Source of the DNA: an uncultured Alphaproteobacteria bacterium
Lineage (GTDB): Bacteria > Pseudomonadota > Alphaproteobacteria > HIMB59 > GCA-002718135
Assembly (NCBI GenBank): GCA_902570155.1
Contig: CACFXU010000008.1
Location: 1,088-65,087, forward strand
Length of the DNA stretch: 64,000 bases
Direction of reading: 5' to 3'
Under the pieces are notes generated by a model that saw nothing but the letters and a program-made list of their open reading frames with translations, was not told the origin of the DNA and made no database searches. Of the stretch, positions 20,688 through 32,354 are shown piece by piece (within the stretch, counting starts at the first letter, position 1; the number at the start of each line of letters is the position of its first letter). The position numbers were made by a program, and so were the translations under genes.

Positions 20688-23203
20688 TTACCATGACATT
20701 GTTTATATTTTTTGCCTGAACCACATGGACAAGGTTCATTTCTACCTATTTTTTTAGTTATAATTCTTCTTGGTTCTTTTGTTTTTTTAATATCAGTATC
20801 ATTATTATTATTTTCATTTACTAACTTTATATTAAATAGTGTTTTTAATACTCTCTCATTTTGGTTTGAGAGCATTTCATCAAAATAATCAAAAGATTCT
20901 TTTTTATATTCATAGAATGGATCTTTACCTCCCAAAGCTCTTAAATTAACACTTCCGCGTAGTGAGTCCATTGCTGCTAGATGATCTCTCCAATCTTTAT
21001 CTATTTGAAAAAGCATCACTCTTTTTTCTGCAAACTTGAGTAGTTCATAAGAGTATTGATGTTGTTTTTCTTTATATTTTTGGTTAACTTCATCTAATAA
21101 CCTTTTTTTAATTTCTTCATCATCAACACCTTCTTCATCAATCCATTTTAAGATTGGAACATCTATGCCAAATATTTCTTTAATTTTTTCTTTTAACAAA
21201 TTTCCATCCCATTCATGTGAGTATTTCTTCGGAGGAATTGTGACTTCAATTAAATAATTTACATAATCCAAAATCATATCTTCTATAATTTTAGATTGAT
21301 CACTTGTATTAAGAATTTCTTTTCTATTTTGATAAATTATTTTTCTTTGATCATTCAAAATATCATCAAATCTTAAAATCTGTTTTCTCATATCGAAATT
21401 ATGACTTTCAACTTTTTGTTGAGCACGTTCTAAAGATTTGGTAATCATTGAATGTGTAATCACCTCACCATCTTTTAGACCTAATTTTGATAACACATTT
21501 TCAAGAGTTTTTGATCCAAATATTCTCATGAGATCATCTTCCAATGATAGGAAAAAAATACTTTCTCCAATATCTCCTTGCCTTCCTGATCTACCTCTTA
21601 GTTGATTATCTATTCTTCTACTCTCATGTCTTTCTGTACCAATTACTAGTAATCCACCAGCATCAATTGCTTCTTTTTTGAAATTATCATCGCCATTTCC
21701 TAATTTAATATCAGTTCCTCTTCCAGCCATATTTGTTGAAATGGTAATATTCCCAGGCATTCCTGCCTCTTCAATTATCTTAGCTTCACTCATATGATTT
21801 TTAGCATTTAAAACATTATGCTTAAGATTTTCTTTTTTTAATAAATCAGAAATTTTTATTGAGTTTTCTACAGATGTGGTTCCTATAAGGATTGGTTGAT
21901 TGATATTATTTCGTGACTTAACAAGATTTAATACAGCATTATATTTTTCTCTTTTTGTCATATAAATTTGATCATTTTTATCAATACGATTTACCTTTAT
22001 ATTTGGAGGAATATCAACGACTTCTAAATTATATATACTTTCAAATTCTTTAGCTTCTGTTGTAGCAGTTCCTGTCATTCCACTTAGACGATAATATGTT
22101 CTAAAAAAATTTTGATATGTAACAGAAGCAATAGTTTGATTTTCTTTTTGGATTACTAAATTTTCTTTTGCTTCAATAGCTTGATGCAATCCATCACCAT
22201 ATCTTCTACCTTCCATAGCTCTGCCAGTCAACTCATCAATAATAACAACATTTCTATCTTTTATTATGTAATCTTTATCTTTTATAAATAAATGATGGGC
22301 TCTAAGAGCTTGTATAATATTATGGTTTAAAACCATATTTCCTAAATCCTGAAGTGTGCCCTCTTTGATGATTCCGTTATCTTTTAGTAACTTTTCACAA
22401 AATTCCATTCCCTCAGTAGTAAGTAAAATACTTTTACTTTCTTCATTGATTTCAAAATCATTTTCTCTAAAAATTTTTACAATTTTATCAATTTTAGGAA
22501 ATAAATCAGTATTGGAATTTGATTCCGCAGATATTACAAGAGGTGTTCTGGCCTCATCTATTAAAATGCTATCCACTTCATCAACTATGGCAAATGCATT
22601 TTTTTTAAAACATAAGTTATTGTAATCGTTTTTGAGATTATCTCTTAAATAATCAAATCCTATTTCATTATTTGTTGCGTAAACAATATCTGCATCATAC
22701 TGTTTAGATCTATCTTCATGTGCTGTTTCAGCAGTTACACACCCTACGCTAAGACCAAGAAAATTATATATATTCCCCATCCATTCAGCATCTCTTTTTG
22801 CAAGATAATCATTAACTGTAATGATGTGTACGGATAGGTTTTCTAAAGCATTTGCGTAAGCAGCTAGAGTAGCAACTAAGGTTTTTCCTTCTCCAGTTTT
22901 CATTTCAGTAATCTTGTTTTCATATAAAACCATTCCACCAATTATCTGAACATCATAGTGTCTCATGTTTAATGTTCTTTTGGATACTTCTCTTACTACA
23001 GCAAATATTTCTGGTAATAATTTATTTATTGATCCCGTTTCTTTAAATTCACTTCTAAAATAATTAGTTTTATTTTTTAATTCTTGATCTGAAAGTTGAG
23101 AAATTACTTCTTCTAGTTTGTTTACTTTTTCTACAAAACTTGCATATTTTTTAATTGAATTAGATTTTATAGAACCAAATAATTTATTAACGATATTAAT
23201 CAT
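20684..23203 (-). CDS. secA: Preprotein translocase ATPase SecA
   Basis: 839 aa with [29 protein letters not shown], and the C-terminal zinc motif [14 protein letters not shown]. Confidence 0.97.
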   Translation of the reverse strand: MINIVNKLFGSIKSNSIKKYASFVEKVNKLEEVISQLSDQELKNKTNYFRSEFKETGSINKLLPEIFAVVREVSKRTLNMRHYDVQIIGGMVLYENKITEMKTGEGKTLVATLAAYANALENLSVHIITVNDYLAKRDAEWMGNIYNFLGLSVGCVTAETAHEDRSKQYDADIVYATNNEIGFDYLRDNLKNDYNNLCFKKNAFAIVDEVDSILIDEARTPLVISAESNSNTDLFPKIDKIVKIFRENDFEINEESKSILLTTEGMEFCEKLLKDNGIIKEGTLQDLGNMVLNHNIIQALRAHHLFIKDKDYIIKDRNVVIIDELTGRAMEGRRYGDGLHQAIEAKENLVIQKENQTIASVTYQNFFRTYYRLSGMTGTATTEAKEFESIYNLEVVDIPPNIKVNRIDKNDQIYMTKREKYNAVLNLVKSRNNINQPILIGTTSVENSIKISDLLKKENLKHNVLNAKNHMSEAKIIEEAGMPGNITISTNMAGRGTDIKLGNGDDNFKKEAIDAGGLLVIGTERHESRRIDNQLRGRSGRQGDIGESIFFLSLEDDLMRIFGSKTLENVLSKLGLKDGEVITHSMITKSLERAQQKVESHNFDMRKQILRFDDILNDQRKIIYQNRKEILNTSDQSKIIEDMILDYVNYLIEVTIPPKKYSHEWDGNLLKEKIKEIFGIDVPILKWIDEEGVDDEEIKKRLLDEVNQKYKEKQHQYSYELLKFAEKRVMLFQIDKDWRDHLAAMDSLRGSVNLRALGGKDPFYEYKKESFDYFDEMLSNQNERVLKTLFNIKLVNENNNNDTDIKKTKEPRRIITKKIGRNEPCPCGSGKKYKQCHGN

Positions 23204-23267
23204 GTTATGATAAATGGCAGTTAATATATGAAAAATATTTCTTCTACAAAGGAATTTACGCTAAAAT

Positions 23268-24479
23268 ATGGTCAATAAAATGATTTCAATATTTAAGCCA
23301 AAAAAAATCAAAGATTTTAATCCTAGTGGCCTCAATATCTATACTTTTAATGCTGGATTTAAAAAAAAAGATAAAGATCTTTTATTAATAATTTTTGATC
23401 AAATTGTTAATGTATGTTGTGTCTATTCAAAAACATCAACACCTTCAGCTCCAATAATTTGGGATAAAATAAATAACAAAGGTAAAGCTAAAGCTTTAGT
23501 TGTGAATGCTGGTAATGCGAATGCGCATACTGGTAAAGATGGTCTGAAAATTATAGATAAGTATGTAAAAGCATTAACAAAAAAAATTAAATGTAGATCC
23601 AATGAAGTATTAGTATCATCTACTGGTGTAATCGGTGAAAAATTTAACCCGAATTTAATTATAGATAAATTTAAAAAAATAAATTCCAAAAATAAAAATG
23701 GTTTACTAGAAAGCGCTAAGGCAATTATGACAACAGATACTTTCCCAAAGGTATCAATTAAAAATATTAACTTAGACAATCAATCCTTTAAGATTTACGG
23801 AATAGCAAAAGGATCAGGAATGATACAGCCAAATATGGGAACTATGTTGGTGTATATTTTTATAGAATGCGAAATTTCAAAACAGTTAATAAACAGACTC
23901 CTTAAAAATAATTTAGATAACACATTTAATTCAATAACTGTAGATAGTGATACATCAACAAGTGATACTTTAATGATGTTTTCTGTTGGTAATAAAAATA
24001 TAAATTTAAATAAAAAGAATTTTAAAATACTAAATAATAAAATATTTGAATTAATGCATGAGTTATCTCTTCAAGTAATTAAAGATGGTGAAGGTGTTTC
24101 TAAGCTAATAAGAGTTAATGTTTTGAATGCAAGATCAAAAAATCAAGCAAAAAAAATAGCATTTAGTATTGCTAATTCTCCTTTGGTTAAAACAGCTCTA
24201 GCCGGTGAAGATGCAAATTGGGGTAGAGTAATAATGGCAATTGGTAAAACTGAAGAAAATATAAATCAAAATAAAATTAAAGTTTTGTTTGGAAATAACG
24301 TTGTATGCGAAAATGGTTCTATTAGTAAAAAAATAAATATTAGAAAACTTAAAAATTATATGAAAAATAAAACTATAGAAATCAATGTAAAATTAAACTT
24401 GGGTAAGTATTTTCACACTGTTCATGGGAATGATCTTACCTTTGAATATTTAAAGATTAATGCTGATTACAGATCTTAA
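23268..24479 (+). CDS. argJ: Bifunctional ornithine acetyltransferase / N-acetylglutamate synthase
   Basis: 403 aa ArgJ-family protein with an autoproteolysis-site-like PNMGTMLVYI, TTDTFPK, and DSDTSTSDT. Confidence 0.9.
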   Translation: MVNKMISIFKPKKIKDFNPSGLNIYTFNAGFKKKDKDLLLIIFDQIVNVCCVYSKTSTPSAPIIWDKINNKGKAKALVVNAGNANAHTGKDGLKIIDKYVKALTKKIKCRSNEVLVSSTGVIGEKFNPNLIIDKFKKINSKNKNGLLESAKAIMTTDTFPKVSIKNINLDNQSFKIYGIAKGSGMIQPNMGTMLVYIFIECEISKQLINRLLKNNLDNTFNSITVDSDTSTSDTLMMFSVGNKNINLNKKNFKILNNKIFELMHELSLQVIKDGEGVSKLIRVNVLNARSKNQAKKIAFSIANSPLVKTALAGEDANWGRVIMAIGKTEENINQNKIKVLFGNNVVCENGSISKKINIRKLKNYMKNKTIEINVKLNLGKYFHTVHGNDLTFEYLKINADYRS

Positions 24480-24481
24480 TT

Positions 24482-25282
24482 TTATTTTTTCCAAGCACAA
24501 ATTGTATTAAAATTTATATCAAGATTAAAATTATCTTTATAATATTTTTTTTTGAATTGTTCCTCCAAAAGAATAAAGTATTTTTTATTCTCAAAATTAT
24601 TTTTTTTATCCTTACCTGCATAGGGCAAGTTCAAAAATCTTACATCATCAAGTAGTTTATTAAAAACTGAATATTCAATAGTAAAGTTATTGTTATTTAT
24701 TAAAGGTGCATCAAAGTTATACACTTTAAGCAGTTTAAAAATATCATTTGTATCTAAAATTGGATTAACTCTTTGATACATGCCTCCGTATAAAATATTA
24801 TCTGTTTCATACATTGAATTTATAAGCTGATACTTATTTTCAGCACTTGGAATCGTTGCTATAAAAAATCCATTGGAATTCAGGTTTTGATAGATATTTT
24901 CTATCAATTTCTCAAAGTTCGATGTTAATTGACAAAAAAAGTTACTATAAATTAAATCAAATTTTATATCTTTTATATTTATATCGTCCAAATCAATTTC
25001 TATTAATTGTCGATCTGTCTTATTACTAAAAAATGACAAATCAATATCAGCACTTGTTATAGAACAAGAAGGAAATCTTTCTTTCAGATAATTAAAAATT
25101 AATTTGTCATTAATCCCAAGTTCTAAAATATTATTAAAAGGAACTTTCAAAATATCTAGGGAATCAATTATATTTTTACTTATTTCATTATATATAAAGT
25201 TTTCTCCATATTTTCTATCCTTAGTTCTTAATAGTTTAAGGTATTTTTTGTTTATCATTTTTTTATAAAGTATAGAAAGCAA
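24482..25282 (-). CDS. Class-I methyltransferase-like protein with degenerate SAM motif I
   Basis: 266 aa. The overall pattern resembles a SAM methyltransferase (ILELGINDK...ITSADID...DLIYSNF), but motif I lacks the usual GxGxG. The start may be the internal Met at 25258. Confidence 0.5.
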   Translation of the reverse strand: MLSILYKKMINKKYLKLLRTKDRKYGENFIYNEISKNIIDSLDILKVPFNNILELGINDKLIFNYLKERFPSCSITSADIDLSFFSNKTDRQLIEIDLDDINIKDIKFDLIYSNFFCQLTSNFEKLIENIYQNLNSNGFFIATIPSAENKYQLINSMYETDNILYGGMYQRVNPILDTNDIFKLLKVYNFDAPLINNNNFTIEYSVFNKLLDDVRFLNLPYAGKDKKNNFENKKYFILLEEQFKKKYYKDNFNLDINFNTICAWKK

Positions 25283-25284
25283 TT

Positions 25285-25767
25285 ATGGATATTATTCTTA
25301 AAGAGATAGTTGCAATTATTAAAGAAGAAACTGAAAATATTAATAAAAAAATTTATGGAACTACATTTTTAGAAATATTAAAAGAAAAAATTTTAAACAG
25401 AAAAGATCAAATTTCTTTAAAAAATCTAGTATTACAAAATTCTAATATTGATTTAGAAGAAAATATAAATGTTCTTGAAAAAAATCTTTTTTTTAAATTA
25501 TCCTTTTACCAAACTCCTAAATCATTATTAAAATTCGAATTGAAAAAAAATTTTTTACTTATTATTTTTAAAGAGCTTGTAAAAATTGATATTTTAAATC
25601 AAAATACTCAAAAATATATCAATGTTAGCTTAAAACCTTTTATGGGTGTAACATTGTCAAAAGGAACAGTATGTAATTTAAATTTTCCAAAAAATTCACT
25701 AATTATGCAATTAGAATCTGATGATTTGGATTTTGATATTGAAAAAAAAATAGATGAAACAATATAA
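25285..25767 (+). CDS. Hypothetical protein (160 aa)
   Basis: ORF fills the gap exactly and its ATG is 2 nt from the divergent ORF start at 25282. No family recognised. Confidence 0.5.
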   Translation: MDIILKEIVAIIKEETENINKKIYGTTFLEILKEKILNRKDQISLKNLVLQNSNIDLEENINVLEKNLFFKLSFYQTPKSLLKFELKKNFLLIIFKELVKIDILNQNTQKYINVSLKPFMGVTLSKGTVCNLNFPKNSLIMQLESDDLDFDIEKKIDETI

Positions 25768-25772
25768 CAGAT

Positions 25773-26186
25773 ATGATCGTATTTAATCTTAATTGCTCTG
25801 ATTGTGCCTTCTCCTTTGAAGGATGGTTCGAAAATACGAATGACTACAATAAGCAAATTAAAAAAGGTTTACTCACTTGCCCTTCCTGTAATAGTACTCA
25901 AATTAAAAAAGGTTTAATGGCTCCAAATGTATCAAAAAAATCAAATTCAAAAATTTCTAAAAGGAATAAATCAATTGCTTCAAATGTTAAGAAGCTAAAA
26001 AAGATTATAGAAAAAGAATTTGATTATGTTGGTGATAAATTTACCGATGAAGCAAAGAAAATTAAATATGGTGAAGCTAAAGATCGTGCAATATATGGCG
26101 AAGCTTCTGTTGAACAAACTAAAGAATTAATAGATGAAGATATCGATGTACTACCATTGCCTTTTTCAACAAAAAAAACTAATTAA
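25773..26186 (+). CDS. DUF1178-family zinc-ribbon protein
   Basis: 137 aa. N-terminus MIVFNLNCSDCAFSFEGWF...LTCPSCNS (CxxC...CxxC followed by EGWF) is typical of DUF1178. Confidence 0.75.
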   Translation: MIVFNLNCSDCAFSFEGWFENTNDYNKQIKKGLLTCPSCNSTQIKKGLMAPNVSKKSNSKISKRNKSIASNVKKLKKIIEKEFDYVGDKFTDEAKKIKYGEAKDRAIYGEASVEQTKELIDEDIDVLPLPFSTKKTN

Positions 26187-26886
26187 TAAAACTAGCAGTA
26201 CAAAAATAATTTATCATATAATTTTTTGATAATTTCCATTCCCTGTTTAATGGATTAAAAACAAGACCTTTAATATTATTGAAATTAAATTTTTCTTTTA
26301 ATAAAATTTTTTTTAATTCTTCAGGTTTAATTAATTTATTATAGTCGTGGGTTCCTTTTGGTATCCAATGGAGGATATTTTCTGCTATACTAATTGCAAA
26401 TAGTTTAGAGAGTAAGTTTCTATTAATAGTAGAAATAATTAATAAACCATTCTTATTTAAATTTTTTTTTATATTTTTTATTGTTTTTTTCCAATTATCT
26501 AAATGTTCTAAAACTTCAAACATTAGTATTATATCAAATTTTTCATCTAATTTTGATTTTTCAATATCTTTATTAATATAGTTTATTTTAAGTTTATTTT
26601 TTTTAGAATGTATCTTAGCAGCTAAAATATTATTTGGAGCGAAATCAATTCCTGTAACCTTCGCACCCAGTCTTGCTAGTGGTTCACAAATTATTCCTCC
26701 ACCACAGCCTACATCAAGTATTTTCAAATTTCTAATATTTCTATTATTTATTTGATCCAATATATAAGACATTCTATGGCTTTTAATTTGATGAAGAATT
26801 TTAAATTTACCATTTTCATTCCACCATTCATCTGAAAGTTGATTAAAGAAGGCAAATTCTTCATTTTTTGATTTTATATTCATCAT
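26179..26886 (-). CDS. ubiG: 3-demethylubiquinone-9 3-O-methyltransferase
   Basis: 235 aa with WWNENGKFKILH and the SAM motif ILDVGCGGGIICEPLARLGAKVTGID. Confidence 0.9.
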   Translation of the reverse strand: MMNIKSKNEEFAFFNQLSDEWWNENGKFKILHQIKSHRMSYILDQINNRNIRNLKILDVGCGGGIICEPLARLGAKVTGIDFAPNNILAAKIHSKKNKLKINYINKDIEKSKLDEKFDIILMFEVLEHLDNWKKTIKNIKKNLNKNGLLIISTINRNLLSKLFAISIAENILHWIPKGTHDYNKLIKPEELKKILLKEKFNFNNIKGLVFNPLNREWKLSKNYMINYFCTASFIN

Positions 26887-26949
26887 ATACCTTGTTTGTT
26901 AGAAACAATAATTATAATAGCTGAGATAATTTAAAAAAGATTTAAGTCA

Positions 26950-28164
26950 ATGAAACTTGTAGTTATGAAATTTGGTGGTACTTCAGTTGGCAGTATCGAT
27001 AAAATCAATAATGTTGCTAACATTGTTGAAAAGGAACTAAATGATAAAAAATTGATTGTTGTTTTATCTGCAATGTCAGGTGTGACAAATAAAATGCAAG
27101 AATATATAGATGAAATTGAGTCAAATGAGATCATTGAAAACGATTTAATCTTAACGTCTGGTGAGGCTGTGTCTGTTGGGCTCTTGTCAGCTATTTTAAA
27201 AAAAAGAAATATTAAATCTATCCCTTTACTTGGTTGGCAAATACCAATTATTACAGATAGCAACTATCAAAAAGCTAAAATCTTAAATATTGATAAAAAT
27301 AGAATTGATCAATTTCTAAAAAATTATGATGTAATAGTGGTTGCTGGATTTCAGGGTGTCAATATAGATGGCAACATTACATCATTAGGTAGAGGTGGTT
27401 CTGATACAACTGCTGTTGCTGTTGCTGCAGCTGTTGATGCAGATAGGTGTGATATTTATACTGACGTTGATGGAGTTTATACAACAGATCCCAATTTAGA
27501 ACCTAAGGCTAAAAAAATAAATAAATTAGCTTTTGAAGAAATGTTGGAAATGTCTTCAACTGGAGCAAAAGTACTTCATACTCGTTCTGTTGAATTAGCA
27601 ATGAAAAATAATCTTACCTTGCAAGTGCTTTCTTCAATAACAAAACAAAGTGGAACTTTTGTTGTAGATGAAAATAAACTAATTGAAAAAGAAATTGTAA
27701 GCGGAGTAAGCTATAGTAATAATGAATCAAAACTAACATTATCTGGTATTGCAGATAAACCTGGTATATCTGCAACAATCTTTGGATTGCTAGCTAATAA
27801 TAATATTAATGTCGATATGATTGTTCAAAATACATCACAAGATGGTATAACTGCTAATATCACCTTTACTGTTCCAAACAGCGAAATTCATAATGCTAAA
27901 AAATTAATAGAAGAAAATAAAAAACTGATCGATTTTAAATCTATTGAAACTGATACCAATATTTCTAAAATTTCAGTAATTGGTATGGGGATGATGTCTC
28001 AATCTGGAGTAGCAAAGAAAATGTTTACAACATTAGCAGATAATTCAATTAATATATTAGCTATCTCTACATCAGAAATAAAGATAAGTGTCTTAATTGA
28101 TAAAAAATTTACAAAAATTGCTGTTAAATCTCTTCATGATGCATATAATCTAGGTAGTAAATGA
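26950..28164 (+). CDS. lysC: Aspartate kinase
   Basis: 404 aa with VMKFGGTSVG, GRGGSDTTAVAVAAA, and C-terminal tandem ACT-like regions. Confidence 0.92.
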   Translation: MKLVVMKFGGTSVGSIDKINNVANIVEKELNDKKLIVVLSAMSGVTNKMQEYIDEIESNEIIENDLILTSGEAVSVGLLSAILKKRNIKSIPLLGWQIPIITDSNYQKAKILNIDKNRIDQFLKNYDVIVVAGFQGVNIDGNITSLGRGGSDTTAVAVAAAVDADRCDIYTDVDGVYTTDPNLEPKAKKINKLAFEEMLEMSSTGAKVLHTRSVELAMKNNLTLQVLSSITKQSGTFVVDENKLIEKEIVSGVSYSNNESKLTLSGIADKPGISATIFGLLANNNINVDMIVQNTSQDGITANITFTVPNSEIHNAKKLIEENKKLIDFKSIETDTNISKISVIGMGMMSQSGVAKKMFTTLADNSINILAISTSEIKISVLIDKKFTKIAVKSLHDAYNLGSK

Positions 28165-28946
28165 AAACAGTAGGTCAAATTTTATCAATTGAAAGAAACT
28201 CTAAAAACCTTTCAATTAATGATATAGCAATTGAGTTAAAAATCTCAAAAAGTATCATTATTGATCTTGAAAATGATAATATAAAAAACAATTCAGATAT
28301 TATTTTTAATATTGGACATCTAAGATCTTATTCAAATTTTCTTGAACTTGATACTGACACAATTATCAAAAAATTTAAAGATCAAGTATCATTTAATGTT
28401 AAGGAAGAGAAAAAGAATATTACCCCAATAGTAGAAAACAATTTTTTTAAAATAGAAAAATTTTTTGCTGCTTCTATCATCCTGATTATATTTACCTCAT
28501 TTTACTTTTTATTCATTGATGAAAATAATAATGAAATTAACTTTGCTTTAGTTCCAGATATACCTGAAAGTTTAGAACCTATAGTTGAAAAAGCTAATAC
28601 TTTTGATAATAAATCTAAAGCTATTGATATTAAAAAAAATGATTTGCTAAATAATTCCAGTGCTATAGCATCAATAGAATTTGAAGAAGATGTAACTACA
28701 GTTGCTACATTAAAAATGTTAAATCCAACATGGCTTCAATTAAGAGATCAAGAGAATAATATTGTTTTAAGCAAGCTAATGGATAAAGATGAAGAGTTTT
28801 CATATGAATTAGAATTGAATTACAATATTACTGCAGGAAATGCAGGGAATATTTTAGTACTTATAGATGATGAAGTAAGAGGCAAGATAGGTAAATACGG
28901 TGATATTTTAGATTCTTTTGTTCTATATAAAGATTTTACAAACTAA
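28161..28946 (+). CDS. rodZ: RodZ-like cytoskeleton protein (HTH + TM + RodZ_C/DUF4115)
   Basis: 261 aa with an N-terminal HTH (LSINDIAIELKISKSIIIDLEND), one TM segment and a C-terminal beta-rich domain. Shows the conserved rodZ-ispG-hisS order. ATGA overlap with lysC. Confidence 0.7.
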   Translation: MKTVGQILSIERNSKNLSINDIAIELKISKSIIIDLENDNIKNNSDIIFNIGHLRSYSNFLELDTDTIIKKFKDQVSFNVKEEKKNITPIVENNFFKIEKFFAASIILIIFTSFYFLFIDENNNEINFALVPDIPESLEPIVEKANTFDNKSKAIDIKKNDLLNNSSAIASIEFEEDVTTVATLKMLNPTWLQLRDQENNIVLSKLMDKDEEFSYELELNYNITAGNAGNILVLIDDEVRGKIGKYGDILDSFVLYKDFTN

Positions 28947-28950
28947 ATAG

Positions 28951-30048
28951 ATGCTAAGACCGTATCAACAAATTAACAGAAGAAAGTCGCGCGTAATTAA
29001 AGTTGGAAATGTTAGCATTGGAGGCAACAATCAAATTGCAGTTCAAACAATGACAAATACTCTTACTTCTAATGCCAAAGATACTATTGCTCAAATAGAA
29101 AGATCTGCAAAACTTGGAGTTGATTTAGTTCGCGTTTCTGTTCCAGATAAAGAATCTTCACATTCTTTAAAAGAAATTGTGAAACATAGCCCTGTACCTA
29201 TAATTGCTGATATACATTTTCATTACAAAAGAGGTATTGAAGCAGCGAAAAATGGTGCTTCTTGTATTAGAATTAATCCTGGTAACATTGGGAGTATTGA
29301 AAGAATAAAAGAAGTTATCAAAGCTGCAAAAGATAATAATTGCTCAATTAGAGTAGGTGTTAATGCAGGAAGTTTAGAAAAACAAATTTTAGAAAAATTT
29401 TCTGAACCTAATCCGGAGGCCTTAGTTGAAAGTGCTAAATTAAATATAAAGATACTTGAAGATAATGATTTTACCAATTTCAAAATCAGTGTGAAATCTT
29501 CAGATATATTTATGTCTATAAAAGCATATGAGCAATTAGCTGAATTATGTGATTATCCATTGCATTTAGGTATTACAGAGGCAGGAGGAAAAAGAACAGG
29601 TTCAATTAAATCTTCAATTGGTGTTGGGAATTTACTTTTGAGAGGAATAGGAGATACAATTAGAATATCTTTGTCAGATGAGCCAGAGGAAGAGGTAAGA
29701 GTTGGTTTCGAAATCTTAAAAAGCTTAGGGTTAAGGAATAGAGGAGTAAAAATTATATCATGCCCTTCATGTGCTAGACAACAATTTGAAGTAATAAAAA
29801 CTGTAAAAAACTTAGAAAAAAAATTAGATGATATTTCCACACCTATAACAGTGTCAATAATTGGATGTGTTGTTAATGGTCCAGGTGAAGCAACTATGAC
29901 AAATATTGGAATAACTGGTGGCGGCAATGATACACATATGATTTATCTTGATGGTAAAAAAAATAATGTTGTAAAAAATGTTGATTTAGAAAATTATCTT
30001 GAAGATCTAATTAGAAAAAAAACTAAAGAAATAGAGCTTAGTAATTAA
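28951..30048 (+). CDS. ispG: 4-hydroxy-3-methylbut-2-en-1-yl diphosphate synthase
   Basis: 365 aa GcpE-family protein with [15 protein letters not shown], and GCVVNGPGE. Confidence 0.95.
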   Translation: MLRPYQQINRRKSRVIKVGNVSIGGNNQIAVQTMTNTLTSNAKDTIAQIERSAKLGVDLVRVSVPDKESSHSLKEIVKHSPVPIIADIHFHYKRGIEAAKNGASCIRINPGNIGSIERIKEVIKAAKDNNCSIRVGVNAGSLEKQILEKFSEPNPEALVESAKLNIKILEDNDFTNFKISVKSSDIFMSIKAYEQLAELCDYPLHLGITEAGGKRTGSIKSSIGVGNLLLRGIGDTIRISLSDEPEEEVRVGFEILKSLGLRNRGVKIISCPSCARQQFEVIKTVKNLEKKLDDISTPITVSIIGCVVNGPGEATMTNIGITGGGNDTHMIYLDGKKNNVVKNVDLENYLEDLIRKKTKEIELSN

Positions 30049-30049
30049 T

Positions 30050-31294
30050 ATGAAATTAAGATCAGTAAGAGGTACACATGATATATTTGGGAAAGAAATA
30101 GATAAATTTAACTTTATTTCTAATATTGTTTCTAAAAACGCTAGTTTAAAAGAATATAAAGAAATCCAGACGCCAATTTTTGAATTTAGTGATTTATTTG
30201 CAAAACCTCTTGGCGAACATTCTGATGTTGTGTTGAAAGAAATGTATTCATTTGAAGACAGAAACAATGAATATTTAACACTACGCCCTGAGTACACAAC
30301 GCCTATGATTAGAGCGGCTATTACTAATAATCTCTTAAATGATCTTCCATTGAAAATATATGGAATTGGGCCAATGTTTAGAAGGGAAAGGCCACAAAAA
30401 GGTAGATATAGACAATTTAATCAAATTAATTTTGAAATACTTGGTACTAGAGATTTTCTTGCTGATGTTGAGTTAATTTCTCTATCAAATAATATTTTAA
30501 ACGAACTGTTACCTAAATCTAATATAAAGCTTCATATTAATTCTTTAGGAGATAAAAAAACGTTAATTGATTTTAAAAAAAGTCTTACAAAGTATTTTAA
30601 TATCCATAAAAAAAAACTATCAGAAGAAAGTATTAAAAAAATTGAAACTAACCCATTAAGAATATTAGATTCAAAAAACAAGGAAGATGTTGAAATTTCA
30701 CTATCTTCACCTAAAATATATGAATTCTTAACTGACGAAGCTAAAAAGCACTACGAAGATCTTAAAAGATCATTAAATATACTAGAAATTGATTTTGAAG
30801 AAAACGCTAATCTTGTTAGAGGTCTTGATTATTATTGTAATACAGTTTTCGAATACAAATCAGATAATTTAGGAAGCCAAGATACATTACTAGGTGGTGG
30901 AAGATATGACGGTTTAATAAAAGTATTAGGCGGGCCTGATATACCCGGTGTTGGATGGGCTGCAGGCATTGAAAGAATTGCATTATTAATGGATTCCGAA
31001 AAACAAATAAGCTCAACTATTCATATTGCAGTAACAAATGAAAAATTTACAGACTATCTTCTTTATCTACAAAAATATTTATATGAAAATAGAATTTCAT
31101 ATTACTGGAATTATAAATATAATTTAAAAAAATCATTTACAAAAGCAAATACATCATCAGCACCGTATATTATTATTATTGGAGAAAATGAGTTTAATGG
31201 TGATTTTTTTACTATTAAAAATTTAATGAATGGCGAACAAAAAGAATTAAAGCTTAATCAAATATTTAATCATTTGAATGATAAATCTAGATAA
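30050..31294 (+). CDS. hisS: Histidine-tRNA ligase
   Basis: 414 aa with class II motifs [29 protein letters not shown] and GGGRYDGL. Confidence 0.93.
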   Translation: MKLRSVRGTHDIFGKEIDKFNFISNIVSKNASLKEYKEIQTPIFEFSDLFAKPLGEHSDVVLKEMYSFEDRNNEYLTLRPEYTTPMIRAAITNNLLNDLPLKIYGIGPMFRRERPQKGRYRQFNQINFEILGTRDFLADVELISLSNNILNELLPKSNIKLHINSLGDKKTLIDFKKSLTKYFNIHKKKLSEESIKKIETNPLRILDSKNKEDVEISLSSPKIYEFLTDEAKKHYEDLKRSLNILEIDFEENANLVRGLDYYCNTVFEYKSDNLGSQDTLLGGGRYDGLIKVLGGPDIPGVGWAAGIERIALLMDSEKQISSTIHIAVTNEKFTDYLLYLQKYLYENRISYYWNYKYNLKKSFTKANTSSAPYIIIIGENEFNGDFFTIKNLMNGEQKELKLNQIFNHLNDKSR

Positions 31295-32354
31295 ACAATT
31301 TTCAATAATTTTAGAAAAATTTAAATTAATTGAAAATTCATTAAACAATATGAATGATATAGACTCAAATGAATTAATTAAATTAAACAGAGAATATTCA
31401 GAGCTCCGACCAATTGTAGAAAAGATTCAAGAATACAACAATTTACAAAAAGATTTATTAAATCTTAATGAGTTAGTACAAGATAATGATTTAGAAATAA
31501 GCAAAATAGCTGAATTAGAACTTATTGAAAAAAAAAATCAAATCAAAGATCTTGAACAGGAATTATTGAAGTTACTAATACCAAAAGATGAAAATGACTC
31601 TAAAAATTCAATTTTAGAAATCAGAGCTGGTACTGGAGGTGATGAAGCATCTCTTTTTGCTTCTGATTTATTAAATATGTATCAGAGATATGCCGATTTA
31701 AATTCATGGAAATTTGATATTTTATCAATATCAGAAACAGGTTTAAAGGGAGTAAAAGAGGCTATTTGTAATATTTCAGGATTAAATGTTTTTTCAAAAC
31801 TAAAATTCGAATCTGGTGTTCATAGAGTGCAAAGGGTTCCAACGACTGAAAGTAGTGGAAGAGTTCATACATCAGCTGCTACTGTGGCAGTTCTACCTGA
31901 AGCTGAAGAGGTTGATATTGAAGTTCTTGATAAAGATCTAAGAATTGATGTTTTTAGATCAAGTGGACCAGGAGGGCAATCTGTCAACACTACTGATAGT
32001 GCCGTAAGAATAACACACATTCCAACTGGTATAGTAGTTTCTCAACAAGATGAAAAATCTCAACATAAAAATAAAGCAAAAGCTTTAAAGATTTTACGAT
32101 CAAGATTATTAGACAATCAAATACAAGAAAAAAACAAAGAAAGATCTGAGCAAAGAAAAAATCAAGTAGGTTCTGGAGATAGATCTGAAAGAATAAGAAC
32201 CTATAATTTTCCTCAAGGAAGGGTTTCTGATCATAGAATAAATCTTACATTGTATAATCTTTCAGAAATACTTGAAGGTAAAATAGATGAGTTGATAAAT
32301 CCTTTAATTGCTGAAGAAGAGAGTACAAAGTTAGCAAATATGAAAAATGAATAA
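31278..32354 (+). CDS. prfA: Peptide chain release factor 1
   Basis: 358 aa with [17 protein letters not shown] (PxT region) and the GGQ motif (SGPGGQSVN). 17-nt overlap with hisS. Confidence 0.95.
   Translation: MINLDKQFSIILEKFKLIENSLNNMNDIDSNELIKLNREYSELRPIVEKIQEYNNLQKDLLNLNELVQDNDLEISKIAELELIEKKNQIKDLEQELLKLLIPKDENDSKNSILEIRAGTGGDEASLFASDLLNMYQRYADLNSWKFDILSISETGLKGVKEAICNISGLNVFSKLKFESGVHRVQRVPTTESSGRVHTSAATVAVLPEAEEVDIEVLDKDLRIDVFRSSGPGGQSVNTTDSAVRITHIPTGIVVSQQDEKSQHKNKAKALKILRSRLLDNQIQEKNKERSEQRKNQVGSGDRSERIRTYNFPQGRVSDHRINLTLYNLSEILEGKIDELINPLIAEEESTKLANMKNE

Noticed and set aside
26887-26949. Lysine (L-box) riboswitch upstream of lysC.
   Set aside because: The gap is only 63 nt and very AT-rich, far shorter than an L-box aptamer. 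I could not draw any conserved helices.
29553-29927. Antisense ORFs of 60-124 aa inside strongly conserved genes. Examples: 29553-29927 and 29223-29483 in ispG, 26931-27263 in lysC, 23423-23779 in argJ, 22356-22625 in secA, 44346-44597 and 46296-46511 in carB, 51497-52126 in rpoD, 5280-5585 in marR, 60627-60923 in the SBP gene, 63492-63695 in the ATPase gene.
   Set aside because: Each lies wholly within a gene whose product has clear family motifs on the other strand. Their low-complexity composition is what stop-poor antisense frames in AT-rich DNA produce, and none has a recognisable domain.
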